Source of the DNA: Polyangia bacterium
GTDB lineage: Bacteria > Myxococcota_A > Polyangia > JAAYKL01
Direction of reading: 5' to 3'
DNA length: 49,204 bases
Assembly (NCBI GenBank): GCA_050287845.1
Contig: JBNKCR010000004.1
Location: forward strand, 1 to 49,204
The notes below the pieces were generated by a model that was not told where the DNA came from, searched no databases, and saw only the letters and a list, made by a program, of their open reading frames with translations. Below are positions 1-12,700 of this stretch, piece by piece. Position 1 is the stretch's first letter, and every line of letters begins with the position of its first letter. The translations under genes were made by a program, and so were the position numbers.

Positions 1-282
1 GAAATCGTTGAACTGAACGTTCAAGCGGATCATATCCATCTGCTTGTAATGATACCGCCGAAAATTTCAATATCACAGTATGTTGGAACGATGAAGGGAA
101 GAACGGCGATTCGCGTGTTCAATAAATTTCGAGATTTGAAAGGCAAGCCGTATTGGGGCAATCACTTCTGGGCAACCGGATACTTCGTTGACACCGTAAG
201 TGTCGATGCCGAAATCATACGGAAGTATGTAAAATATCAGGAGAAGCGCGAGAAGAATCAGGAAGATCTGAAGTTTGACTAA
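1..282 (+). CDS. tnpA: IS200/IS605-family HUH Y1 transposase (partial, 5' end missing)
   Basis: Frame 1 is open from base 1: EIVELNVQADHIHLLVMIPPKISISQYVGTMKGRTA...HFWATGYFVDTV...IRKYVKYQ. It has the HUH motif (DHIH), FW..GY and the catalytic Y..Q helix. The ORF-track ATG at 49 is internal. Confidence 0.96.
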   Translation, partial: EIVELNVQADHIHLLVMIPPKISISQYVGTMKGRTAIRVFNKFRDLKGKPYWGNHFWATGYFVDTVSVDAEIIRKYVKYQEKREKNQEDLKFD

Positions 283-297
283 AGCTCGTTAAACAAC

Positions 298-344
298 GGG
301 GACAACTCTCTTTGCCCCATTTTGGGGCAAAGAGAGTTGTCCCC
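298..344. repeat. Perfect 22-bp inverted repeat with 3-nt loop
   Basis: GGGGACAACTCTCTTTGCCCCA (298-319) - TTT - TGGGGCAAAGAGAGTTGTCCCC (323-344); exact reverse complements. Confidence 0.97.
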
Positions 345-359
345 TCCGGGGGCTAAATC

Positions 360-388
360 AAAACCACCTCCTCTGGGGGTGGTTTTTT
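360..388 (+). terminator. IS200 right-end hairpin, also shaped like an intrinsic terminator
   Basis: AAAACCACCTCC-TCT-GGGGGTGGTTTT (one G-U pair) ending in T6; preceded by a small CCCCTCCGGGGG hairpin (341-352). Confidence 0.75.
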
Positions 389-572
389 ATGAGATATTTA
401 GAAGTTTTCCGTATTTTGTTTTTTTTCTGTCGATGCTGAAAAATTATTCTGTACATGAACGATATGATTATGTATCGTCGCGCCGAGGAATTAATGACGC
501 CAGATGGGGTGTGGTCCGTTTTCCACTCTGTTCCAACAACAAAACCATCTAACTAATTAATTATATTGAAGG

Positions 573-586
573 ATAAGGCGGTTATG
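573..586 (+). promoter_or_regulatory. Probable ribosome-binding site and ATG start of the giant gene
   Basis: ATAAGGCGGTTATG: TAAGG lies 5 nt before ATG 584. The ORF-track start is TTG 566, which has only AT-rich sequence upstream. Confidence 0.6.
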
Positions 587-724
587 CGCGAAAATCATTT
601 CTTTTTCATAAAACATTTTCTTTTAAAACAGCTGGTTCACCCTCGAGATTCGTACTGGCCTCTGATTTTCGCAATAGGTGTGATTTTAATTTCCTGGCAA
701 ACTCAATCAGGCGTTGCCGTTGCC
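584..724 (+). other. Long Sec-type signal peptide (about 47 aa) of the giant protein
   Basis: MRENHFFFIKHFLLKQLVHPRDSY (n-region), WPLIFAIGVILISW (h-region), QTQSGVAVA|S (AxA site). An uncleaved membrane anchor cannot be excluded. Confidence 0.65.
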
Positions 725-3700
725 TCTGCTGTCGTAGATATACGCGCAAACGGTCATTTGTCGACGAAGAGCCAAACATCTTCTTATACCGCGGCTGTCT
801 CGGATTGTTCACAGCTTATCGGTTACCGGGCATTCCCTGATGAAAATTTCTCGGCGCTTCAGAATGTCATTCACAGTGCGAGTTCATCGCGGTGCGCCTT
901 TCAGTTTGAGCAATCGGGTGAGTCGCTTTTCAGACCTGGACTGGAGCTGTTGTTTGCCGATAATACTACGCTTGCCTATTCAGAATATTTCGCCGTGGAA
1001 GAGAATCTACCTGTTATATCTTTGTCGGATTATGATGCGATCAGCCTTCAGACTATCGACGATGCTCTCCGCATTGTTCTAAATTTTTATGTCAACGACG
1101 ATACCGATATTTCCTATGTTAATTATTCACTGATTGGACTGCGGGGATCAGATTTGCGTGACGCTGGTGGTGTTCTGGATACAGCAAGAAAAACAGCCTT
1201 TGTTCAGACCGATGGTATTCAGAGACTTTACCCGACTTCGGATGTGCAGCAGCAGTACACCGCAACTGTTGATATTTCAGATTTGTCATTCAACGTTGAA
1301 GAATTTTATGCCAATGGCATTGTGTTTGTGGAGCTATCCGCTGTGGATGCTTCGGGTAACGTTAATTCATTTTCCAGGATGCTGATTCCCGGGGGGAACT
1401 TACAGGAAGACGCATTGGGATTGACGGCATTTCCGGAACGAATTGTTTTTTCCAATATTGCAGAGACCGTTTCGATAGTCCCAAGGGTGGATTTTGAATT
1501 CCGGGGTGAAACGGAACTGACAGGCGCGGGACACGGCATTATCTACAAATCTTCCCATCCGGATCTCGTGCGCGTGACCAGTGCAGGCGTTGTGTATCCT
1601 CTCGTTGAAACTTCATCGGAAGATATTATTATTACCGTTGATTACCCGGGCGTGCCTTTTTCTGTGGATATACCAGTTGAAATTGACGCAACAAAATCGA
1701 TTGTTTCATTACGAGCGTTGGATCTGAACGAACAGAGTCAATTTATCCTACCGCGTTTGAACAAGCAGTTTCCACTTCCACGATTGGTCGGCGTGTTCGA
1801 TGATGGAACAGAAGCCGCGCTCACAAGGCAGCTCGAAGTACAATGGACATTGGAGGAGAATGCATCTGGCGTTCTCGAGTTGGTTGATCAGAACCAAATA
1901 TCGGCAAGAGCTGCTGTTTCTTCCAATTCGCCACTGGAGCTTCAGGCATCCATTCAACTCGCTGAGCTGCCAGATGTCGCGGCCACTGTAGATGTTTCTG
2001 CGATTGACGCGTTTCCTACTGTTGAAATTGATCTTTCAGCCGATCGTGTCAAAGTGGACGCGTTGTTGAGTATTCAGGCCAACGCCAAAGATGATGTGGC
2101 GGTAAAGGAAGTTCGTTTTTATCTGAACGGTGTACTTGCGGGTACCAGATGGAACGAACCGTTTGATTTGTCCGTATCGTTGCCGGATGAATATGCAGAT
2201 TCAGAAATAACCGTCAGCGCAGTACCGGTGGACTCCGCGGGACAGGTGGGTGACTCCGCAGAGAAGACTGTATACGTGGAACCGAATGTTGAAGCGGAAT
2301 CTGAACAATACGTGTTTCTGAACCCCCGCATTCAAGAACGATTCATTGAAGCCAGCCCGATTACCTATGAAGTGGCCTATTTCCATGGGTCGAGATGTCC
2401 TCAGTTTGCAAAGGCACAATATGCAGAGTTTTTCAAGGACGGCAAATATATCGGTCGGTCAAATTATCCGTTAATGAAATTTATAACGGCTCCGGGACAA
2501 TCTGCGTTTTTATGCGCGGAAGTCTGGTCTCTGAAAGATACGGTGCCGGAAATTGCCACCCATGAAAGCAGCCAATCTGTGTATGTGGTATTGCATATGC
2601 GGGATGGTAGGACAATACAATCGGATTCGACGGTTTATCGGATTATGGAGAATCGGGCGCCTGTGGCACAGATTGTTTCGCCGGTGACCGGAAAGGTGAT
2701 TGCGGCGGGACAGAGCGTTCAGATTGTGGCCGAAGTAGTGGATGATACCCTTTACTGGGGAACTGAAGTCAAGCTGTATCGGAATGATTTGCCGTTTTTC
2801 AGTACCGTGTATGAGAACAACGCGGATGAGTTTAAAAACGCCGGTATCAGTAGAAAGCAATTCACGTTCAATGTGCCTCTGTCAGACGAAACGCTGGGAA
2901 CTACACAGAAGTTTCGCGTGGAAGCTCGAGATGCCCATGGTCGGACGGGGAATTCCGAGACTGTATCGATTGTGGTTCGACCGGATACGCCACCAACTGT
3001 AGCGGTGTCGTTCCCCATTGCGGGTACCAGTTTTGTTGCAGGCATGCCGATTGAGCTGAGAGCCTCCGCGGTAGATGATGTGGGTATTCGTCGTGTGGAT
3101 TTTTACGTCGATTCTAAACTTGTCGGTGCGGATCACGCCCATCCATATGCTTATACGTATGATATTGATCGGACAGTTGTAGGTGACCAGCCTTTTGTGA
3201 TTCACGCCGTCGCAGAGGACACCCGGGGACAGCGAACCGAAAGCGAGCCTGTCACAATTCTGGTTGGCAGAGACGCACAGGCGCCCGTGGTGAATATTGC
3301 GTCCCCGACAGTAGAGAATACCGACGGCGGAGAGGACATTGCCAGAGTTCTCGAAAAAACCAATATTGCCTTCAAAGCCAGCGGCTTCGACAATGTCCGC
3401 GTAACGAGCACTGAGCTGAGAGGCGTTGGATTTGCAGGAGGCAAATATACGCTAACCGGCGACTTGAACGATGTTGTCACTGATTCTGCGTTTTCGCCTG
3501 AAATTGTACCGGGGGCTTTGGCCGCGTTTTCGGCTATTAAAATTGTTACAATACCGGAATACGAGGTCGGAAACAGGTATCCGATTGAGGTGATGGCGAA
3601 AGATGGTGCAGGCAATACGTCTGTCGCTAGGATAGATGTGGAAGTAGTGGCGGATGCACCGCCAGTGATATCCGAAATTCGTGGAGACAGACAGTTTTAC

Positions 3701-6700
3701 TTCCCACGTGATCTGATGGCTATATACGTGGCGGCCAAAGATGATCTGATGATGTCGCGCATTGATGTTTCTTTTTTTGTCGACAGTGAAACGACGTCAC
3801 AGTTTTCTGAAAGTAGGTTGTTGGACGCGCAGGGCGCTCAGGTTCAGGAGCGGTTTGAGCTGGCACTGTCGAATTTGTCCTTGAGCAATGATACTCATGA
3901 GATTCGAGTACATGTGGAGGTGTTTGACAATGTTGGCCGGAGCGCCATAGGCGATGCCATACTTGTAGTAAAACCCGATGAGACAAAACCCATTCTAACG
4001 ATCAATTCACCTTCCGTCGGAGAGATATTGTATCAGGGTGAAGACAAAACGCTCACTTGGCGGGCAACAGACGAATCGAATCTGGCATCAGTGAGAATTC
4101 TACAGGATAACGTGGAGATCTTTTCGAAAACGTATACCGAGTCCATGCGGATGGATAGCGGTTCGGTCGACTTTACTGTACCGGTAGGCACAAGCGCCAC
4201 GACTATTCATACGCATGCGGAAGATGTTTTCGGAAAAGCGAATGACCAGGATTGGACGTATATGATCAGTTCGGATATGAGTCCAGTGGTCACGTTTCAG
4301 TCGCCCCCCCCCGGGATGCGTCTTGAAGAAGGCGATGAACTGGATTTGGCTTTTTACGTGAGCGATGACAGACAGGTGGTATCGGCTACAGTTTTTGTGG
4401 ATACCGGATACGAAACGATTGTTCTGGACAGCTTTACTACCGATGATATTGCGGATGCGATAAATGCTGGTGATGCGCTGTATTCCGGTTTGCACGTGCC
4501 TCATGGACCGGATGAAGGCGAACCCGGTGTGCGGATTGGTGCTGTTGCAACTGATAGTGGTGGCAATACCAAAACGGAGTACTTGCAGCTTAACATACAG
4601 GATGATTTGGAATCCCCGAAAGCGACGATGTCAGTTCCGGAGACAACTGTCTACCGACAGCCGGGGGAATGGATTGAAATTGAGGGAAGCGGTCGAGATA
4701 ATATTTATATTGAGACGTTTGCGCCCGTGTTGGAAGACTTGCAGGGAAATACGGTTGAATTCCAGGAAGTGAATTTCAACAAGCTGGAGCGTGTGGAAAC
4801 CCACTCTGTTCCCAATCCCAATTCGTTCGGTTCGGCGATTGTATCCACGACATTTGTTCTGGAAGCAGCGGGGCGTGTGCGGTTGCCGGCAAATGCAGTT
4901 CCGGGAGAAACGTACGTGCTTTATATTCGGGCAAATGATTCTGGATACAACTATGTGGAAACCGACAAAGTTAATGTAGTGATTGTAGAGCCGCCAGCCG
5001 ATACAGACGGGCCCCTGATAAAGGTAAAGGAGCCCAAAGATGAGGAGTATGAACAGCGTTCTATACATGCGATGCTGACAGTATCAGACAAATCGGGTGT
5101 GGCGTCGTATACCATTTCAGTCAACGGCCAGATGATTGCATCTGCCGCGAACGGGAGTGAGACAGTACTGACGCTGAAACCGATAGTATCAATCCCGGAG
5201 TATGATGAAACAGATGCCTCTCGCAATAAATTGCATTTCTCCGTAATTGCAGCGGATATTTATGGTAATGAATCATCGTTCAGTAAGGAAATTACGGTTC
5301 TCGACGATTTGCTGCCAAACTTCGTGGCGGTGGATTTGCTACCGAACGAAAACATTATTCGAGGCGATATCGCCTTTCAGACGATCATAGCACAAAATGA
5401 CTATGCGTCTGGTGACGATCCTATGGTGTATTTTCCGTTGTATACCTCGTTGAACGGGATGGTGATGGATGATGGGGTTCCCGGGGAACGCAATCCTGTT
5501 GGCAACATCCATACAGCTGCCGACAACCAGCCTGTGCCTTATGTGACATTGAACTATCCAGAATCGGCCGAGTTGCCTGGACAGGTTCTCATCGATGGCG
5601 CGGCATATGTAGATGCGACTGAATCTGGTAAGATGAACATCTGGCCGGCCTTCTGGAAGAGGGATTCTCAGGTAGTTCCCACTGAGGAACAGCGACTCAA
5701 GGTGGATTTCGGTCCTGGATATACGGTGACATACCTGATTGATCAGGAAATGATGGACCCTTGTACGGCGATGCATTCGGAATATACTGTTACAGATTCC
5801 AATGGGGTGGATTTGCACGGGATAGACGATGTTCACTCTTTGTTCATTGAGCCGATAGTGACCGACAGCAATGGCAATGAGGTGGAAACATTTATCGATT
5901 ACATTCGGGTTGATGCAAAGAATCTTTCCCCCGCCACGCGCTACAGCATACCTGGAAGCATTCCACATTCTATCCATGTACAACCGGTGATATCTGTATA
6001 TGTGAAAGATAATGGGGAAGAGGAAGTGGGTACGTCACTTGTCACGGCTTCAAAGATGAAAGAGCAGACGCACAATGGCAACGATTCGTACAGCACTGTG
6101 GTACCCGTTTCAGGAGATTATGATTTCCGGATGCTTCAGTTGTTGGTATTTGGTTTCGACAGAAACGGCGATCAGTTTACTGATGTGCCTGTGCAGGTGG
6201 TATCAACTCGCCACGCTGTGCAGGACGAGGTGTCCCCAACAATTGAAATTGTAGATCCGATGAGTGGAAAGAATACCGTGGCGAAGGAACGGTTTCAGTT
6301 GAAATTCAATGTGTCTGATAATACCGGCGGCATTCGTTCGATAAAACTGTATCAGAACAATGATACATTGGTGCGGGAACTGGGTGGGAAATTCGCGAAA
6401 ACCACATATTCCATTCCATATGATGTCGTAGAGGATTACGCCGGAGGCGGGCAGTTGAAATTAAAGGTGGTGGCTGAAGACTACAGTGGTCGAATAGGGT
6501 CGGGAGAGATTAGTTTGCCAGTTGTTCCCAATGCTGGTCCGGAAGTGGAGTATAAGTCTTTTTCCAGTTATAAGGTGGATGGGCAATACCGAGACGTTAT
6601 TACGGATGCGGCACGTCTCAATTACGCAGAATTTTGGATTCGTGTTGGCGAGGAATTTCGACTCACCGCAGGCTTGATGGACGACTCTGGTCTGGAAAGC

Positions 6701-9700
6701 TACAAAATTTTCATTTTGAATACTGACGGATCTCGTCAATTGCCGCCCATTGATGGGAAAACGTTTTCTCAACCATCCTGTCCGGGTAGCCTGATTACAA
6801 GCGGAAGAATAGAAACGGAAATTCCTTTCAACACCAATGAATCGGTTCAATATGAACTCGAAGTCATCGACAACATGGGCAATGCTAACAGCCGCCAATT
6901 TATTGTCCATCCGAAGGAGAATATTGCACCTGAGGTACGCTTTATTGAACCCATCGAAAATCAGAATGTGGTGGCCGGTATTTTCCGGATGAAAGTGGGG
7001 CTGGTTGTTACCGATGACCGGGTGCTTTCCAAAAAAGATATAAAAGTATACGCCGATGGAATTCAATTGCCGCTGAGTGATCTTGAAGAAACCCCGATGG
7101 CAAGAGGGGTGAAACCCAACGGCGAAGTATTGCTGGACTCTACGGTTGAGAGCGCTCTGGTATCGATAGTAGACAGCCTGGAATATAAATATTCCACTGA
7201 TATCGCCCTTAAATATGGCCAATGGAATTCGCCATACGCCACCCGTTATGTCGCGGACCTGGAAATACCGCCGGGACTCACAGAGAACACGGAAAAACTC
7301 GATCTGATGGTGGTGATCACTGATTCTGACGATGCGATGAGCAGTAATACGATACTTGTGAATATTCAACCCGATGAGATCAATCCGGCGTATACCATCA
7401 AGGCAAAAGGCGTTGGATTTCACGCGGTCGAAGGATCGAATTTCAATGTGGAGTTTCGCGCGTTTGACAATGTAAAAGTTGATAATATTGCGGTGTATCC
7501 GGCATATCGGGTAGTTGAGGCAGATGGTACGGATCGGCGCACGCCCTATTTGGTTCCGGAGTGGACTATCACAAGTATTCCAGCACTTGATTTTGAGCCA
7601 ATCAGTACGCTGAATATCGATACGCCTTGGTATACGCGCACCTTTCAGGTCAAACGGATTTCGGAAATACTCCAGGCAATTGGCGATGTAGACGTCAATG
7701 ATGATTTGAAATTCTGGGTAGGATTCAAGATCGTTGTGGCAGATACCAGTGGTAATACATTTGAAGACGAGAAATGGTATCCGGTGAGTGTTGACCAGCG
7801 GCCAGTGGTCGATATTGTATCTCCCGCTCCCGGTGAAAGAATTGTTGAGGGCAACAACCTGGATGTCAACGTGCACGCTTATGATGATGTGAGCATTGAA
7901 AGTCTTCGTATTTGGGCAACAGTTGGACCGAACGATGATGTCATCTTCCAGGAACTGCTGTATCAAGCGCCTTATCAGGTGGAAATTCAAACGGTACCAG
8001 CATATGACCCGTTGATCCCGGAAAACAATCTGCTGACAGTTCACGTAGAAGCTATTGATTCGTATGGCGTACTATATGGTGATCCTGACGCGCATCGCGC
8101 AGAGGAATCTGTACTGCTCGAGATTATGGAAGATCAGCCACCTACGGTTGCTGTGGGATTGCCCAGGGACGGTGATGATATCTCCGAAGGCGAGTATATT
8201 TTGATTCAGGTCAACGCCATTGATGACGTTGGCATTGAAAAAGTAACAGTGAACGTGGCCGGACTGATCACCGGCGACCGAACCCTGGTGGATGCCACTT
8301 ATCCTTATGAATTCCTGATGCAGGTGCCGTATGGGCAAGCGGGGATTGATATGAATATCACTGCATCTACCCGGGAAATCAACTATGTGTTTGATGGACG
8401 CACCAGTACCACAGCAAAAGCCACAATTGTACACGTATTGAAAGATGTCACGCCACCGGAAATAGTGATTCAGGAACCCTCCGAGTCAGGGGCAACTGCT
8501 TACGAGAAGGGCATAGTGAAGTACGCGGCCCTGGTAACGGACAATGTGGAAGTGGGGACGGTTCGGGTAAATCTGTATGCTGACAGAAACGCGGACGGCG
8601 TGATTGCAGAAGATGAAATCGTCAATACCATCCTACAGATAGAGCCACCATATCTGGGCAGTTTTATTACGCAGGCGTTTGAATCGTATCTGAATCTTGC
8701 GGATGGATCGCCCGTACCGCAGCAAATGAACCTGCGTGTGGAGTGGGTGGCAAGGGATGGCGCCGGGAACGAAAGTGTTGCATATCGCCCAGTAACATTG
8801 CTTCGAAATGCGCCTCCTGTTGTTCAGCAGTTACAGGTACTTGATGAACGTGGGTACAACCTGGGCAGCTCACTTACCGAAATCACCGAAGGTCGCGGTA
8901 TTGTGGTGAATGTGATTGCAAACGATCGGGAGACCGGTGTTGATTCTGCCAGATTGTATACTGCCTGGGGTTCAGACTTCACTGATGATTCATATCAACT
9001 ACACAATCAGGACGATTCCGTACCGTTCCAGTATCATATGGTGATTCCTATAGGAAGAGTGGGTGAGAAACTGTCATTCCGTGCGGATGCCATTGATCTG
9101 GATGGATACGTGTCTGATATGTCGCCTGCACGCGAGTTGGAAATCATAGCGGATCAACCACCTACGGCAACGATTGTAAAACCTTTCAACAATCATTCCG
9201 TGCTCATCGAAGGTCAGGATATTGAGATCTTTGTGGAAGCGTTTGATGATTTGGGGATTGACGGAATCGATAGAGTTGTTTTTTACGTGAATGATAATCC
9301 AGTATATACGGCCTATACACCGTATTCGGATTTTGTCGGATCCTTTGCGCAGGATCACGTGTATCGGGCATTGATCAGTCCACCGGACGGCGTCAGTGGT
9401 TTTGCCGTGTACGCCGAAGCGTTCGATATGCTGGGGCACGCGGGGCGAAGTCAGACGGTGACCATTGGTACGGTGGAAGATACCGTGGCACCCAAACTCT
9501 CGATTCAGACTCCTGTGGATGGTCAAATCCTCACACAGAATGAACCTGTGAAAATAGCAGTGTCTGTCGAAGATATTGGCGACCCCGAAGAACGCGATGT
9601 TTATGTGCAACTGACCCGAGAATATCAGTATTTGCAATCAGAGGACCAGGGAGCTGCGTATACGGATACAGACACCGCTACTACTGAATCAGGTACGGAA

Positions 9701-12700
9701 AATGATACTGATTCGGCGTGGCAGGATGGCGAATGGGTGGCGCTCTCCACGTCGGAAAAAATTAAGATGAGCAATGTCGCCGAAAAGAATGACGAAGACA
9801 ATTTCTTTTATTGGTTTGAACATCTTTTTGAAAATATGTCTGGCCATGCAGTTCTTTCCAGAGATTTTAAACGAAATGAACGTGTGCGATTGACCGTGAC
9901 AGTAGAGACCCCGAATCACGTGGTGAAGAAAGAGTCATATCATGAAATTGGTCTGCCGGTCAGCAAACATACTTTTATGGCCCCAAGTACCGATTATGAA
10001 AAAGGAAAAGGATCGTATTATACAACGGTTGATCAGTTCAGGAGTCCCCAGCGTAGTGGGGCAGTGATTGGCGCGTGGTCTCAGACTGAACCGCTGCTCT
10101 GGGAACCGGATTTGAACAATCAGACAGGGCCACAACCCGGATGCACGGGTCTGTTCATGGCTGACAGTGCGATGAAATTCGCGTCAGATGCAAATGGCGA
10201 CGAGTATGTGTACTCGGAGCTGGTAACGGGTGCATCGTACATATTTGTGGGCAACATCTCGGAAGTGCATGCGGATGCCAATTTTGTGGCGGCTGCGAAA
10301 TCTGGCGCTCCTGAAGGGGCATGGGTGATGTCAGAGCATTGCGCCGAACTGGAAGATGAAATTTCGAAAGAACCACTCAGCGGGGGCGTTGATTTCGAAA
10401 ATCATTCCGGCGAGCTTCTGCTATTTACGGTGAAAAATGATGAAGGCAGTTTGGGTGTGCCCTATCAGCTGGTAGGCCGTATTGACATGCCATATATGGA
10501 AGTGCACGGGATTGCCCGAAAGGACAATCTGATCCTCGCGGCGAATGGATATGGTGGTGTTCAAGCCATTGATATTTCCAACATGTATGCACCGTACCAT
10601 GTAGGATTCATCAAGCCCAACGGATATGCACGAGATGTGGTGATAGTGGACAACTATGCGCTAATCGCAGCATCTCATGAGGGCCTGGTGGTAGCGGATA
10701 TTTCAGATCCGACAATGCCGGTCGTGGCGAAACTGGATACCCTTGGCGTCGCCAATCGCATTTTTGTCGAGGGCGATACCGCCTATATCGCAGATATGGC
10801 CAGCAATGGTTTTGCATCACAATTGAATGTGATTGACATTTCAGATCCGTACGCACCGGTATTTGAAAATGCAGTATCGCTGAAACCGTCCCAGGTAGAT
10901 TTTGTTGAAGACGGTGTATATGACGTTTTTGTTTCTGGCGGCAGAGCGTATGCCACCGTGCACTATTCAGATCAGGAGGATGTGCCATCTCAATCCGTTC
11001 TTGAGATTATTGATTTGAAAAAGCTGGATGATTCGACAGTTGATGCCACTGTCCCTGTGGTGATTCATCGATCTGCGGACTGGAGCGACTACGCACCGAG
11101 ATCTGTCACCATGACCGAAGGCGGTATCGCGGTTGCAGCATCGAAGCGGGGGATCGCCCGGGTTGAATTGCCCACGTTGACAGTGATTGAGCACGTACCA
11201 GGGTCGTTCGAACAGGATGTATCGACGGAATTGGCACCGATGAGGGTGGAACTCTCGGCTGCCTTGGCTGATGATACGGTATTGGAAGACTATTTTGTGG
11301 TTCATGAACTGGACGCAGGGATGGGGCTGGATGTGACCGCCGATTTGTTTGACATTTCGTTTGTGGTCCAGGAAGGCGCTCCAAATCATCGGCTTGTGCA
11401 GCTTGCATTGAAGGCCGGGATGGCGCTTGAATCCAATCAGAAATATGTCGTTGAAATTCTCAAAGGGCTGGAACCGATGGGGGATGCGGGTCTGCCGCTG
11501 CAGGAAACCTATCAGTTTGACTTCTACACCAGTGCGGCGGGAAATGCTATTGCACCGGATATAACTGGAATTCTTCCCCAGGAGGGATCAATATCCGGCG
11601 GAACGCCAGTTGTTGTGTATGGCACCAGTTTTGGCAATTCACCGCAGCTTTACCTGGGCGGGCAACGTCTGGTCATCGATAGCGTGGAAGCAGCACCGGA
11701 TGCAACTGCGCCGGAATATGGTGTAACGCTGGCTGGTTCCGACAGGATCTACGCCCATACAGTGCCAAACTACGCCGGACCGGCCGCAGTTGAAGTGGTG
11801 CATGAGAACGGGCTTCTGGATGAAGTAATTGGTGGCTATACCTATGTGGATGAGCTTCTTATATCCTTTATCACCCCGGCGGTGGTGCGTGTGGATCAGG
11901 TGGGGCTGGATACTCAGGTGGAAGTGGTGGGTTACGGATTCCACGATGATATCACATTAACCGCGTGGCAAAGTGGGCATCCGGAAACCGCTATCAGCAG
12001 CGCGGTGGATGGCGATCGCATTGAGCTGTACAGTGCGGAAAAAATGAAATGGCGGGTGCCGGATTTCAATGGCGCCTATCGCGGTTTTGTGGATGTGGAA
12101 CTGTCGGATTCAACTGGCCGGAAATATCTGTTGCCCAACGGGCTCTTCTACGGTCGACTAAACGAGAATACCGCTATTGATGTGGCAGAGACCTTTGTGG
12201 AAGGTGGAGTGGATGAAGACGATGATGCGCAGGTGACCGATACCACCAAGTTACCTTATGGGACGCTGGTAGACATCCTGTCTGACGCAAATCTCGGGCT
12301 GGTGTACGTGTTGGGAAATGGACATGGTCCCCAGAAAGAGAAATCCCGGAATCTGATGACATCCATGGATGAGCTGCGCCTTTATGGTCCCCCCAGCTGG
12401 ATTTCATTGCTGTACTATGAGCGGGACGATCTGGAAAATGCAGCGCCCATGACCGGACTGGGGTACTACAGTCTGGATCCGGATTTGAAAGCACACGCCA
12501 TGGGGCTGGTGGGGGATAATCTGTATGTGAGTGCCCGCGGGTATCATTTCGATTTTTTTGACACAGTACATGAAGACCGGACATGGCTACTCACATACGA
12601 CAGGGAGAATCGCCGACCAGGGGATTTTGAGACGGAAGCGAAAGATCGAAATACGCTGCACTATCTGCCCCTCGAACTGAACGAAGCACCGGTATCCATT

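Larger units (their letters stand above)
1..390 (+). mobile_element. IS200/IS605-family (IS200 group) insertion sequence, 5'-truncated by the window edge; right end near 386-390
   Basis: Y1 transposase C-terminal half followed directly by subterminal hairpins and a T-run, with no tnpB downstream. The exact right boundary is estimated. Confidence 0.9.

Noticed and set aside
322..552. 76-aa plus-strand ORF
   Set aside because: It starts at a TTG inside the IS hairpin and runs through terminator-like and AT-rich intergenic sequence; no RBS or protein motif.
531..563. Possible sigma70 promoter TTCCAA-N17-TAATTA
   Set aside because: Poor match at both hexamers within AT-rich sequence; not supportable.
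577..588. GGCGGTTATGCG resembling the RfaH ops element (GGCGGTAGnnTG)
   Set aside because: Three mismatches at conserved positions; better explained as the RBS/start region.
6461..8044. 527-aa minus-strand ORF (also 21296-22258, 14255-15004, 5339-5983 and many shorter ones)
   Set aside because: These lie in codon register opposite the giant ORF, have no recognisable motifs and have odd I/R/H/N-rich composition. They are shadow ORFs caused by scarce TTA/CTA/TCA codons on the sense strand.
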